Shown: piece after piece, positions 1 through 10,807 of the stretch
Numbering within the stretch: position 1 is the stretch's first letter
How the letters are laid out: the number at the start of each line of letters is the position of its first letter
NCBI GenBank assembly: GCA_000826855.1
Contig: JTLS01000016.1
Coordinates: 1-50,694 of the forward strand
Direction: 5' to 3'
Source of the DNA: Basidioascus undulatus
Lineage: Eukaryota
DNA length: 50,694 nt
Made by a program: the position numbers and the translations under genes
The notes under the pieces: generated by a model
Seen by the model: only the letters and a program-made list of their open reading frames with translations
What the model was told of the DNA's origin: nothing
Databases searched by the model: none

Positions 1-79
1 CTTACCACCCTCACCCTCAATATCACCTTCGATTGCCTCGATGCCGCTCTCCCTCGTCTAATCCCCTCCTCTCTCACAG

Positions 80-1405
80 CTCTGGATCCACTCCGGCTCC
101 CTACACCTCATCCCTCCCCAACACACCTCGCGCACCCCGCGCCGGCGGCGGCCGCACCTCCCCTCCGAAGCAGCGCTCGACGAGCGGGACGATTCCCTGC
201 GCCCCTCGGACTCCTCCGAATGGATCGACCACCTTGACGCTCTCGCCCTCGTTCGGAACCCCGCAGTCGACACGCGCGCCCCGCCCGAGGTCGAGCACGC
301 CGCCTTCAAGCGGACAGAGGTTTACCCCGGCGCGCTGCCATATCATCAGCACACGTTCCACGCGTTCGTGCCCAGGGACGTGGCGAGGGTGCTCGCGCTC
401 ACGGCGCCCGAGGGGGTGGTCGACCTGGGAGAAGGAGAGATGGGCGGGAGGGCGGAGGTCAGGCAGGCGGCATGTGAGTTGGCGCAGCGCGCCGTGGAGG
501 CATTTGCGAGTCGGGATGCGTCTGGGATGAGAGTGCGTCTTCTTTCTTCCATCTTCCATCTTCCTCTCTCCCTCCCTCCACCCTGACCTTTCTCCCTCCG
601 TCATCCAGGCCGCACAAAAGATGTCGCGGTTCCCGCCCTCCTCAACCCGCTCCTCCCCCGCGCGGGCGGCCCTCACCCGGACATCCTACGCCCAGCTGCT
701 CGGGCAGAAGTTCTACCCTCCAAAAGTGTTCGAGCCGTCCACGTGGCCGAAGGAGGGCGTGCCCGGGGTGGAGAGGGAGAGGCGGGAGAGGGGGATGAAA
801 TTGGTGCGTGTGGTGAGAGGGGGAGACGGGGGGTGGAAGAGATGGGTGGGGAGAGAAGGAAGCTGATGGAGTACGATGAGAACACAGGCGGTTGGGTTCG
901 AGATTTTGTATGCGGAGAGCAAGAGCAGTGTAAAGCCTAACGCGGCGGCGAGCGAGGCGGCTGCACTGTCGGATGTGCGTTTCTTTATTTCTTCTCGCCC
1001 CCTATTCTCCCCCTTCAAAATCCTTCCCTCTCCCCACTTCCTTCCTTACCCCCTTCTATCTCCTACCCCCCTCTCTCAAACCAGATCGAGGCCGACTGAC
1101 GCTCTCCCATCTTCCCCTCGCGCAGGCCCAAACCTCCGCCGACCCCGCTTACAAGGCGTACATCGACGGGCTCGCCAAGGCGGGCTACTTCGGCGGAGAG
1201 CTGGAGGGCAGCGTGCGATGGCAGGCGCGCGAGAGCGAGGCTCGCCGGGTGTGGTCCGAGTCGCGGGCGAGGGAGTGCGTGTTTTCTCCCGATTTCCCTC
1301 TTCCGATTTCCCGCTCTTTCCACCTCGTCCTCCTACCCACCACACCTTACTGACGGTACTGTTGGTTTGTGCGTGCCACCCCAGTCCCGACGCTTTCCGC
1401 CCGCC
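80..1405 (+). CDS. ECD: Ecdysoneless/SGT1 (hSGT1/ECD) family protein, middle portion; 5' end upstream of the window, 3' half missing
   Basis: Exons 80-532, 609-803, 888-974, 1126-1274, 1385-~1405 joined by GT-AG introns give LWIHSGSLHLIP...LAQRAVEAFASRD...MSRFPP...TRTSYAQLLGQKFYPPK...RGMKLAVGFEILY...LAKAGYFGGELEGS, motifs typical of the Ecd/SGT1 family. The expected acidic C-terminal half is absent. Confidence 0.85.
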
Positions 1406-1862
1406 TACCCCACCCCGCAAACCAAGTCCTTCCACACCCCCACACCAGGCAACAGCGCCCTCGCAATCCGCTCGGACTCGCGCATCTTTGCTGTGGGATC
1501 GTGGGACGGGTCGTGCGTCCCCTCTTCCTCCCCTTCCCCACATCCTCCTCTTTCCTCTCCTACCCCTCTTCCTCTCTCTCCCCACTTACCGACCCCTCCG
1601 CAGTATCAACCTCCACTCCACCCGCTCTTTCAAGCCCCTCGGGCAGCTGTCGTACCACCGCCGCGCGTGCTCGGCGCTCTGCTTTGCCCGGTGGAACGAC
1701 CCCCCACCTGAAGAGGAAGGGGTTATCGAGAGCGACGTGCGCGATTGGCTTGCTAGTGCTGGACGGGACGAGCGCGTCGCGGTTTGGGGGCTGATGGACT
1801 TTGGGGTGAGGAGGGCGGGGGAGGTGATAGGCTTCATTTCGGGGAGGAAGGCGGACGGGTAA
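1406..1862 (+). CDS. ASA1: ASA1/GNB1L-like WD40 protein, C-terminal fragment only
   Basis: Exons ~1406-1512 and 1604-1862 (intron 1513-1603, GTGCGT...CAG) give TPGNSALAIRSDSRIFAVGSWDGSINLHSTRSFKPLGQLSYHRRACSALCFA...DWLASAGRDERVAVWGLMDF, the last WD repeats as in ASA1/GNB1L. No start codon or N-terminal repeats. Confidence 0.75.
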
Positions 1863-2784
1863 AGGGGGTTGTGGGTGCACGAGCTGAATGCAATGGGATG
1901 CACCATGAGCGAGCGTGCAGGCTGCGCAGGCCGAGTAGCGTTATGTTTGGATGCGCGGGGCGGAGCAGTAAGCGCCGGCTGAGACAACACAAGGAGGGGC
2001 AGGGAAAGTCTTGTAATGGGCGTTCAGATAAGGCAGAATCACAAATGGATAATGAGGACGGGTGTAACGCAGTAGGAAGAGAATTTGTGTCCGTGAAGAC
2101 AGGACATGCGAGAAGACGGCGAGACAAAACTGTCCATGCGAGGTGAAGAGTAGCTGACGTTATAGATAGACTTCAAAAGCGATGGGATGTAGAAGGGGAT
2201 GGGGTAGGAGAAAGGGGAGAGAAGGGCGGCACGGCAAGACACGCAAGACGCGAGCTGGTGAGTAGGTTCGCCGAAAGTGAAAGCCGAGGCATGAAGAAGG
2301 ACACATGAAAGATTTCAGTCGTTCTCAAGTGACTTTTCGAGCAATCGAGCAACTTTCAATACCTCTCAGGGGTCTACAAGCGCGTCGAAGCGGCGTCTGC
2401 GTCGAAGTAGCGTGGTCCAGCTTGGGCCGCGACATTGAGGTATCCGTCAGTTCCTTGCAGGTGTTGCGCGTTGAAGACAGGGGAAGGATAAGATCGAGAT
2501 GTGCGAATGAAAGCCGCGAGGAAGAGCTTCTTCGCGGGGAGGGGAAGCGATGGACGGACGACGCGAACGTGAGCGGGGCGGGTTTCCGTGAAATGTAAGC
2601 GCGCGGAGCAACAGAAACGAGTTGAATCCGGTGGATGTCGATCGAAAAGAAGAAAGCATAAGTGGATGCGAATGTGAGGTGAGACGAATGATGGACGTGC
2701 ATGGTCAGTAGCCGCTTAAAGGCACACGCATTCACGTCGCCCACGCCCACGCATACACCCACAAGCCAAAGCGCAGCTCGCAAA

Positions 2785-3164
2785 TCACTCCCAGACCTTT
2801 TTGCTTGTATCCCTCCTGCGCTTCCTCGCCTCGCTGTCGTCGCGCTTCATATCGAGCTTGGCGGCGTGGTTGACGGCCTTCTCCTGCATCTTTGCGCTGC
2901 GCTTGCGCTTGCGCTGCGGGGTGGCCTTGTACTTGGGCGCGGACGCGGCGGCCGAGGACGCGGCGGCCTCGTTTCGTGCTTGGATGGACGCGAGCTGCTC
3001 GGAGACGCGCGCTTGCGTCGTCGACTCGGAGTCGGCGGACAGGGAGAGGTCGGGCTGCGGCTCGGCGCGGCGGTCTTTGCCTGGTGAGGGGAATGGGGGA
3101 GGGTTGAGAGGAGTTTGGTAGATTGGGGAATACCAGGCTTACGGGAGAGTTTTGAGCGTGCCAT
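2785..3164 (-). CDS. Small basic protein, Alb1/Ecm1-like pre-60S ribosome biogenesis factor (105 aa)
   Basis: Exons 3164-3143 and 3080-2785 (intron GTAAGC...CAG) give MARSKLSRKDRRAEPQPDLSL...QRKRKRSAKMQEKAVNHAAKLDMKRDDSEARKRRRDTSKKVWE*. The K/R-rich helix ending near Trp resembles Alb1/Ecm1. Absent from the ORF track. Confidence 0.65.
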
Positions 3165-3593
3165 GATGCTGCTTTGTGGCGTGAAATCGGATGCGGGATG
3201 TGAGAGTGCGGTCCAAGGAAGCTGCACACTTGCGATCTAATCTCCGGCGGCAAGTCCCTTTCGGCGATGAGAATTCAAAGCTCTGCAATTCGCCTAGCGG
3301 CATCTTGCCCGGGCGTCTTCTCGCCGAGTATCGAGGTCTGACTGCCTTGCCTTCTCTCCTCGCCGCCAGTAGCTTGTCCTCCTGCCCCCATCTCCCCCTC
3401 TCCCCACACTCACTAGCCACCCGGTCGTCGCAGGCCCACACCAGGTGCCGCTGCCATTCGCTTCGCCGCCACGCCTCTCCCAACGCGCAGTTTTCTGCGC
3501 GCAGCTGTCCTTTCCTCTCGCCCATTCGCCGCACACCGTTTCACCCCTCTCATCCCGAAGCCTTTCCTCGCCACACGCCCCTTTTCATCCACC

Positions 3594-6500
3594 ATGGCGA
3601 CCACCACCCAGTCCGGTGATGGGCCGATTGAGCTCCAAAAGGTGCGTCCGCCTCCCACACCTCTCCCTCTCCCCCACCCCCTCCCCCTCTGCGAGCTCAT
3701 CCGCGAGCTCATCGCCCCACCTCCCTCCCCACAGACGGCCAAGCGCGACTACCTCCAGAAACTCGAGAAGGACGTCCAGGCGCGCTGGGCGTCCGAGCGC
3801 ATCTTCGACATCGACGCGCCCGCGAGCGCCGACCTCGTCGACCTCTCGCCCGACGAGATCCGCGCACAGCACCCCAAGTTCATGGGCACCTTCCCCTACC
3901 CATACATGAACGGCTCCCTCCACCTCGGCCACGCGTTCTCCATCTCCAAGATCGAGTTTGCCACCGGCTACCAGCGCATGCTCGGCAAGCGCGCGCTCTT
4001 CCCCATGGGCTTCCACTGCACCGGCATGCCGATCAAGGTGCGTTTGGGGATGTGAAAGGCTGCGAAGGTGGGAGAAGCGCCCTACTGACTACCCACCCTC
4101 CTTCCTTCTCCCCGCCAACCCAGGCCGCCGCCGACAAGCTCGTCCGCGAGATGGAGCTCTTCGGCGAGGACTTCTCCGGCTACGGCGAGACGACTGAGCC
4201 AGAGCCCGCGAAGAAGACGGGCCCCGTCGTCCCCGCACCCGAGGACAAGGTCGACAAGGCCAAGAAGGGCAAGGTCGCGGCCAAGTCGACGGGCCTGACG
4301 TACCAGTTCCAGATCATGGAGAGCATCGGCGTTCCGCGCTCCGAGATCCCCAAGTTCGCGAACCCCTCGTACTGGCTCGAGTACTTCCCGCCCATCGCTA
4401 TCGTGCGTCGTCCGCTCTAGTGGAAACTTAAAGGAGGGGAGGAGGCAGTCAGGGAGAAGGAGAAGTAGAAGAAGCAGCTGACTCGGTGGGGTGCGGGCAA
4501 CAGGCGGACTGCACCTCCCTCGGCGCGCGCATCGACTGGCGCCGGTCGTTCATCACGACGGACGTGAACCCGTACTACGACGCGTTCGTGCGGTGGCAGA
4601 TGAACAAGCTGCACACGCTGCAGAAGATCAAGTTCGGCAAGCGCTACACGATCTACTCGGTCAAGGACGGTCAGCCGTGCATGGATCACGACCGCGCGAG
4701 CGGCGAGGGAGTCGGCCCGCAGGAGTACACCGGCATCAAGATGCAGGTCACCCAGTGGTCCGAGAACGTGCCTGCCGATGTGAAGGCCAAGCTCGAGGGG
4801 AAGAAGGTCTTCCTCGTCGCTGCTACCCTCCGCCCGGAGACCATGTGCGTTCGCTTTCCTCCTCTTCCTCTTCCTCTTCCTCCTCCCTGTCCCTCTTCCT
4901 TTCTTGTCGACAAATGCTAATCTTGTTGAATGGACCAACGCAGGTACGGCCAGACGAACTGCTTCGTCGGCCCGACGCTCGACTACGGCATCTTCGCCGT
5001 CTCGGACGACGAAGTGTACGTGTGCACGGAGCGCGCCGCGCGCAACATGGCGTTCCAGGGCATCTCCCAGCCCGAGGGCGAGGTGCGCAAGATGGCGGCG
5101 CTCAAGGGCGAGAGCATCGTCGGCACCAAGATCAAGGCGCCGTTCTCCATCTACGACGAGGTCTGGGTCCTCCCCATGGAGGGCGTGCTTGCTACCAAGG
5201 TGCGTTGCGGTCCCCCTGTTCTTCAAGTAACCCCAAAGTGCCTCTATGAGCTGTATTTGACATGGCGATTCGTGCGGGGCTCGACAGGGTACCGGCGTCG
5301 TCACCTCCGTCCCGTCCGACTCCCCGGACGACTTCGCCACCCTCACAGACCTGAAGAAGAAGCCCGAGTTCTACAAGATCGACCCCTCCTGGGCGGCGTT
5401 CGAGCCTGTCCCGGTCCTCTCGACGCCGACGTATGGCGATCTGACCGCGCCGGCGCTGGTGAAGAAGTTCAAGATCCAGAGCCAGAAGGACGCGAAGCAG
5501 CTCGCTGAGGCAAAGGAGATCGCGTACAAGGAGGGCTTCTACGGCGGCACGATGGTCGTCGGCGAGTTCAAAGGCCTCCCCGTCCAGGAGGCCAAGCCAA
5601 AGGTCCGTGATTCCATGGTCGAGAAGGGCCTGGCCTTCGTCTACTCTGAGCCCGAGGGCCAGGTCATGAGCCGCTCCGGCGACGAGTGCATCGTCGCGCT
5701 CTGCGACCAATGGTACCTCGACTACGGCGAGGCTGAGTGGAAGGCCCAGGCCGAGCTGTGCGTCCTACGCTGCTTTCCCAATCATCCCCCCAAATGGAAA
5801 CTGACTGTTCCCCGCGCTCGCTCGCACAGCCTCCTCAAGCGCATGAACACCTACTTCCCCGAGACGCGCAACCAGTTCGAGGGCACGCTCGCCTGGCTCA
5901 ACCAGTGGGCGTGCGCCCGCTCCTTCGGCCTCGGCTCCAAGCTCCCGTGGGACCCGCAGTTCCTCGTCGAGTCCCTCTCCGACTCGACCATCTACATGGC
6001 CTACTACACTGTCGCGCACCTTCTGCAGGGTGCGTTCGCGTCTTCTTCAATTCAAGCAATGAAGAGAGAAGGGACTGATGTTGGTTGCATGTTCCACAGG
6101 CAGCGTCGACGGCAAGACCGTCGGCCCGCTGGGCATCAAGGCGGAGCAGCTCACGGATGCGATCTTCGATTACCTCTTCGTCGACGGGCCGTTCCCCGAG
6201 TCGTCCCCGATCCCGCGCGAGAAGGTCGACAAGCTGAAGCGCGAGTTCAGCTACTTCTACCCGATGGACGTGCGCTCGTCGGGCAAGGACCTCATCCCGA
6301 ACCACCTCACCTTCTCCATCTACAACCACGCCGCCATCTTCCCCGAGCACAACTGGCCGCTCTCGATGCGCGCCAACGGCCACCTCATGCTCAACGGCAA
6401 GAAGATGTCCAAGAGCACGGGAAACAGCCTCACGCTCCGCGACGCCGTCGAGAAGTTCGGCGCGGACGCGACCCGCCTTACCCTTGCGGATGCCGGCGAC

Positions 6501-7696
6501 GGCATCGAGGACGCCAACTTTGAGGAGAAGACTGCGAATGCAGCTATCCTCCGTCTGCACACGCTTATCGAGTGGTGCGAGGTGCGTCGGCCTTCCCGGA
6601 TCGGGTTCGGTTTGTTGCTGGGTGATACGTTGCTCATTCGGGGTCTGGGCGAACAGGAGATGGTCAAGAACAAGGGTCAGCTCCGCTCCGGCCCGCGCGA
6701 CACCTTCCACGACAAGGCGTTCCAGCACGAGCTCAACGCGCTGACGCTCAAGACCAAGGCGGCTTACGACGCGTAAGTCTATCCGACATCCGTGTTAGTG
6801 ATGGGGAGCTGCCGCTCACTCTTCGTGCTGTCGATGCAGGACGTTCTACAAGGAGGCGCTGAAGGAGGGCTTCTACGAGCTCCAGACGGCGCGCGACTGG
6901 TATCGCGAGGTCACCGCGGACATCGGGATGCACGTCGACCTCGTCCTGCACTTCATCCGCCTGCAAGCGCTCCTCATCCTCCCCATCGCGCCGCACTTCG
7001 CCGAGCAGGTGTGGACGCACGTCCTCGGCGAGCAGGGCTCAGTGCAGAACGCGCGCTTCCCCGAGATCACGGACGAGATCGACCAGAGCGTGCTCGACGC
7101 GCTCGCGTACATCCGCTCGACCGTCAAGGACATGCGCGACGCCGAGATCCTCCTCGGCAAGAAGAAGAAGGGCAAGGCCGCCGCGAGCGCGTACGATGAC
7201 AAGAAGCCCAAGGCGCTCCGCATCTTTGTTGCCAAAATGTTCCCCGCGTGGCAGGAGGACGCCGTCGCGATCGTCCGCGAGGCGTACGACGACAAGACGG
7301 GCGCGGTCAACGACGCAAAGGTCCGCCAGATCCTCAACGACAAGGGCCTCCTCAAGGACAAGCGCTTCATGCCCTTCATCCAAGCGTTCAAGGTGCGCTG
7401 AAACTTTGCTTTCCTTCCGCTCGCGAGTCACCGCAACTGATCTCCGACTGGCCGTCCAACAGAAACGTATCGCCCAATTCGGCGCCGTGACCGCGTTCAA
7501 CCGGACGCTGCCCTTCTCCGAGGTCGAGGTGCTGCAGATTGTCTCGCCATACATCAAACACACGCTCGGCCTCACCGAGATCAGCGTCGAGCCCGTCGAC
7601 GCGCAGACCGCGGCGTCCGAGACGGACGAGGCGCGCAAGCGCATCATCGAGCAGGCCGAGCCGGGCAACCCGGGGAGCATGTTCTACAATCTTTGA
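3594..7696 (+). CDS. CDC60: Cytosolic leucyl-tRNA synthetase (multi-exon)
   Basis: [14 protein letters not shown] (HIGH-type motif), [19 protein letters not shown] and [15 protein letters not shown] (editing domain), [15 protein letters not shown]; stop TGA 7694-7696. Confidence 0.97.
4855..4885 (+). repeat. (CCTCTT)n-like polypyrimidine microsatellite in a LeuRS intron
   Basis: ttcctcctcttcctcttcctcttcctcctcc read directly. Confidence 0.7.
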
Positions 7697-8519
7697 GTAG
7701 AGGGATCTGTGACGAGGAAGAGGGTTGAGGAAGACAAAATACTAGTTTGCGAGATGGACTTATTCTTACTTGTACGATCTGTTGGCTGGCGTGCGGCTGC
7801 TCCGTCATCTTGAAGCCGACCAATCACACACTTCGATAGATGAGGAAATCTGAACAGGCAGCGCTCTTCTGTCATGGATCCGGAGAAGGGGGAATGAACC
7901 TGCTGTGCGCGCCCGGCGTCAGGCTGTACGGCTGTGGTGGGGCCGTTAACGGACTTGCGCACAAGGTCCCTAGAACGCCGGCACCTTTCGTGAAGGTTCT
8001 AGCCAGCATCGTACCACCATCTCAGATATTCGAATGTGGCCTTTGAGGTGCAAAGAAAACGCTGGAAGGGTGGGACTGCAGTTCTGCAATGTCCAGGGTG
8101 AAACGCTGCTTCGCCGCTTCATACCTTTCCTTTATCACCCATCTTTCCCATTGCATTATGCTTCACACTGATAATTAACTATTCGAAAGAAAATTCTATT
8201 GCATTCATAGCACAGTTTTCTCTGTCATACGTCCCATTCCTCAAAGTACAGATTTTCACAACATGTTTGGGCCAGCACCTTCACGGCGTGATGCAGGATA
8301 GCTGTGCTTATACCCAATGTCTGTGATTTCGAAGGGATGTTCATACACCTTTTCCCCTAAATACGAGGATACTGAAAGAGATCTTGGCGTACATGATGCC
8401 ACACAAGCAACGGCAGCCAGTTTCCTTCTCAACATTTTCCCCTGGGCAAACGGTCTCAACGGCCCCCAAGTAACCTGGAAAGTTAAGGAATCTGGAAAGT
8501 TGAATATGTATTGATTGGT

Positions 8520-8665
8520 TTTTCCTTCCCTACAGCTGTCTCTGGCGTCTCGTACAACTTCAGTGAGGCAGCTAGTTCTTGTGCTCTACTTCTTGCTGAC
8601 GTCGCTCTTCGTTGTCCTGCCTTCTTCTCTCTGCTTCTCAGGTTTGTTGTTCTTGTCACTGTGGC
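8520..8665 (-). pseudogene. Decayed fragment of a charged coiled-coil ORF (possible transposon or gene remnant)
   Basis: Minus frame reads Q*QEQQT*EAERRRQDNEERRQQEVEHKN*LPH*; stops sit where CGA/CAG codons would fit the R/Q/E-rich context. Confidence 0.4.
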
Positions 8666-9184
8666 AAAACCACAGGGTATGAAAACCATGTCCAACGGCC
8701 TCTATGCACACACAGCCCCCTAGCTGCTTGTCCTCGCACGATGCGGAATAGGCCGTTGGGACGGGGCACCAAAGCCGAGGTCGTTCGGGCGGGATTCGAA
8801 GAGGTTGGTATCCAGCGGATACTTCCAAAGAAGATGCAGATAGTCGAGGAGAGTGTTGTAGCGCTCGAGCAGAGAAGTCCGGTAGGTTGCGTTTTTGAGC
8901 TTGGGGCTCGCACATAGAGCTGTAAAGTGAAGATCGAGGTGCAGCTGGAGTGGGGGGATCGGAGAAGGATAGCCGGTGGCTGGATCGTAAAGAGTGTGGG
9001 TGATGTGGGTACGCCGGTCGGTGAGGGTGGAGGGGATAGAACTGCCGACAGCTCGCGGCTTGCGGCAGAGGAAGAAGTGGAACGTTCCAACGGGAGCGAG
9101 CTTATAAATTACCACAGTAGCCTCTCTCGGTGAGTCCGAGTTCATCAGTTGGGAGGGGAAGGAAACTCACGTAAGGACCGGGCA

Positions 9185-9828
9185 CTAGGTCAGCGGACGC
9201 GACGGCGTCTTCCCGCTGTCTCGCTTAAGCTCCCGCCGTCGGGCGAAGTCCTGCTCGGCCTCCCACACCATGTCGAGAAGCTTGATTTCCTCCGGGACGG
9301 TAGCGACGACGCATTTCCTATACAAGGGCTCTCAGGTGGGTTGTACTGAAAGAGAGGAAGAGAGATTTGAAACCGCGCCGTCGACAGCGCTCACGACAAC
9401 CACAACACGTTGCAGGCTTACGAGGAAACGTGTCGTTGGGCTCGATACAGCTGTAGAAGCGCGGAATAAGGTGATATCATTCGACCCCCTGAAGAGCTAC
9501 ATGTAGGGGCACCGCATCTGCGTAACGGATGTCGAGCAGGGTCAAAGAAACCGGGCCGCTTACCATCTCGTACTTCTCAACTTGGGACCCACTAAGAACA
9601 GCCAGAGGCGGAACCAGATAGGACCACACACCGCCGGAATGTTCGTTGAGTGCGTACATACTTCCGACCGCCGTACCACCTCTTGAGCGTCTCTAACACC
9701 GAATCGAGCGGACCATATTCAGGATCTGACAAGTCGCAGTCGTCGGACATCGAGGTGAGCGCTGACGAAGGATGCGCCCCGTGTTGATTTGGAAGAGGGG
9801 GAACAGCGGCGCTCTCGCTAAAGGTCAT
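9185..9828 (-). CDS. Hypothetical orphan protein, about 118 aa, four exons
   Basis: ATG at 9828; donors GTATGT, GTAAGC, GTAAGC with YAG acceptors keep one frame: MTFSESAAVPP...LETLKRWYGGRNGSQVEKYEMLYRAQRHVSSKCVVATVPEEIKLLDMVWEAEQDFARRRELKRDSGKTPSRPLT*. No family recognised. Confidence 0.45.
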
Positions 9829-10807
9829 GTCGTGAGGGATGGATAAGCGCTGAGGGGGATGAGCGCGTTGATGAGATATGGTGAGGGGGCGAAGATGGCA
9901 GACGCGCCGGACTATGGTTCCGCTTCCGTTGCTTGTTTCGCCGTAGTCGAACGTGACATAGACGTGAAACGCCTTGCACTGAAAACTAAAAGCGACACAG
10001 ACAGGTTTACAATGAGTAAACCGCACCGTAGCGCCTGACGAGTCGCCAATAGTATCCATGGACTCCTTGACTTCAACCAAGTGCCGTCGTAAACGCGTGA
10101 ACGGCACTGTTCCGCAAACAAACAATACACGACTCCCACAGTAGTAATGGATATCTGAACCTCCTTTATAGTTCATCTCAGGCAGGAGTACAGCCTCAGA
10201 CAATAATTGGGTCTTGATCATAAAGCCAAGCGACATTGTCTCCTTGTGCCCGTCGTCCTTTGACGTCCTCGTACGTGGGTGCCGAAGGCTGCGATGAGCA
10301 ACGCCCTCTTTGGACATTGACAAGATGAGACGTCTGATAATAAAGGTGTTGGTGCAGTCAGAAAGTATCAGGATAGTCATACTGTCATGCAACCCCAAAG
10401 AACAACAGTAACCACGAACGAAGGTGCTTCGGAGGACTGTGGCAAACTAGTTAACTACATTTCAAGGTTCATTTGCTTTATGGGTCGGCTAAGGCTCTTG
10501 ATTCACACGAAAATAATGCAAAGGATTGACATTAGACAGCAGGTATTCTGCCGCCAGCGTGGCCGAAGTGGAATGCAGTTGCCTTCGAGAGCATCAAGCC
10601 GCCCGCGTGCGACGTCCACGCACGTCCACCTTAAAGTCTCCATGAAGGGAGACAAACTGAATTTTTTGCCCAATGATGTTGCAAGCAAATCAGTCATTCG
10701 TGAGTGACTGGGGAGGATGGCCTACACTGAGTCTCAGCAAACACGACGCAAACGAACATGCATGCCGACGACTACTTAGTCCCAAGAGTACGAGCCATAG
10801 TACGCAT

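Noticed and set aside
1900..2780. Possible structured ncRNA (snoRNA, RNase P/MRP, SRP) between the convergent genes
   Set aside because: No complete set of conserved boxes recognised; consistent with 3' UTRs. An Rfam scan would settle it.
7694..7815. Stop-codon readthrough or cryptic peroxisomal extensions on LeuRS, AsnRS or the monooxygenase
   Set aside because: No TGA-CTA context and no SKL-like ending in the downstream frames examined.
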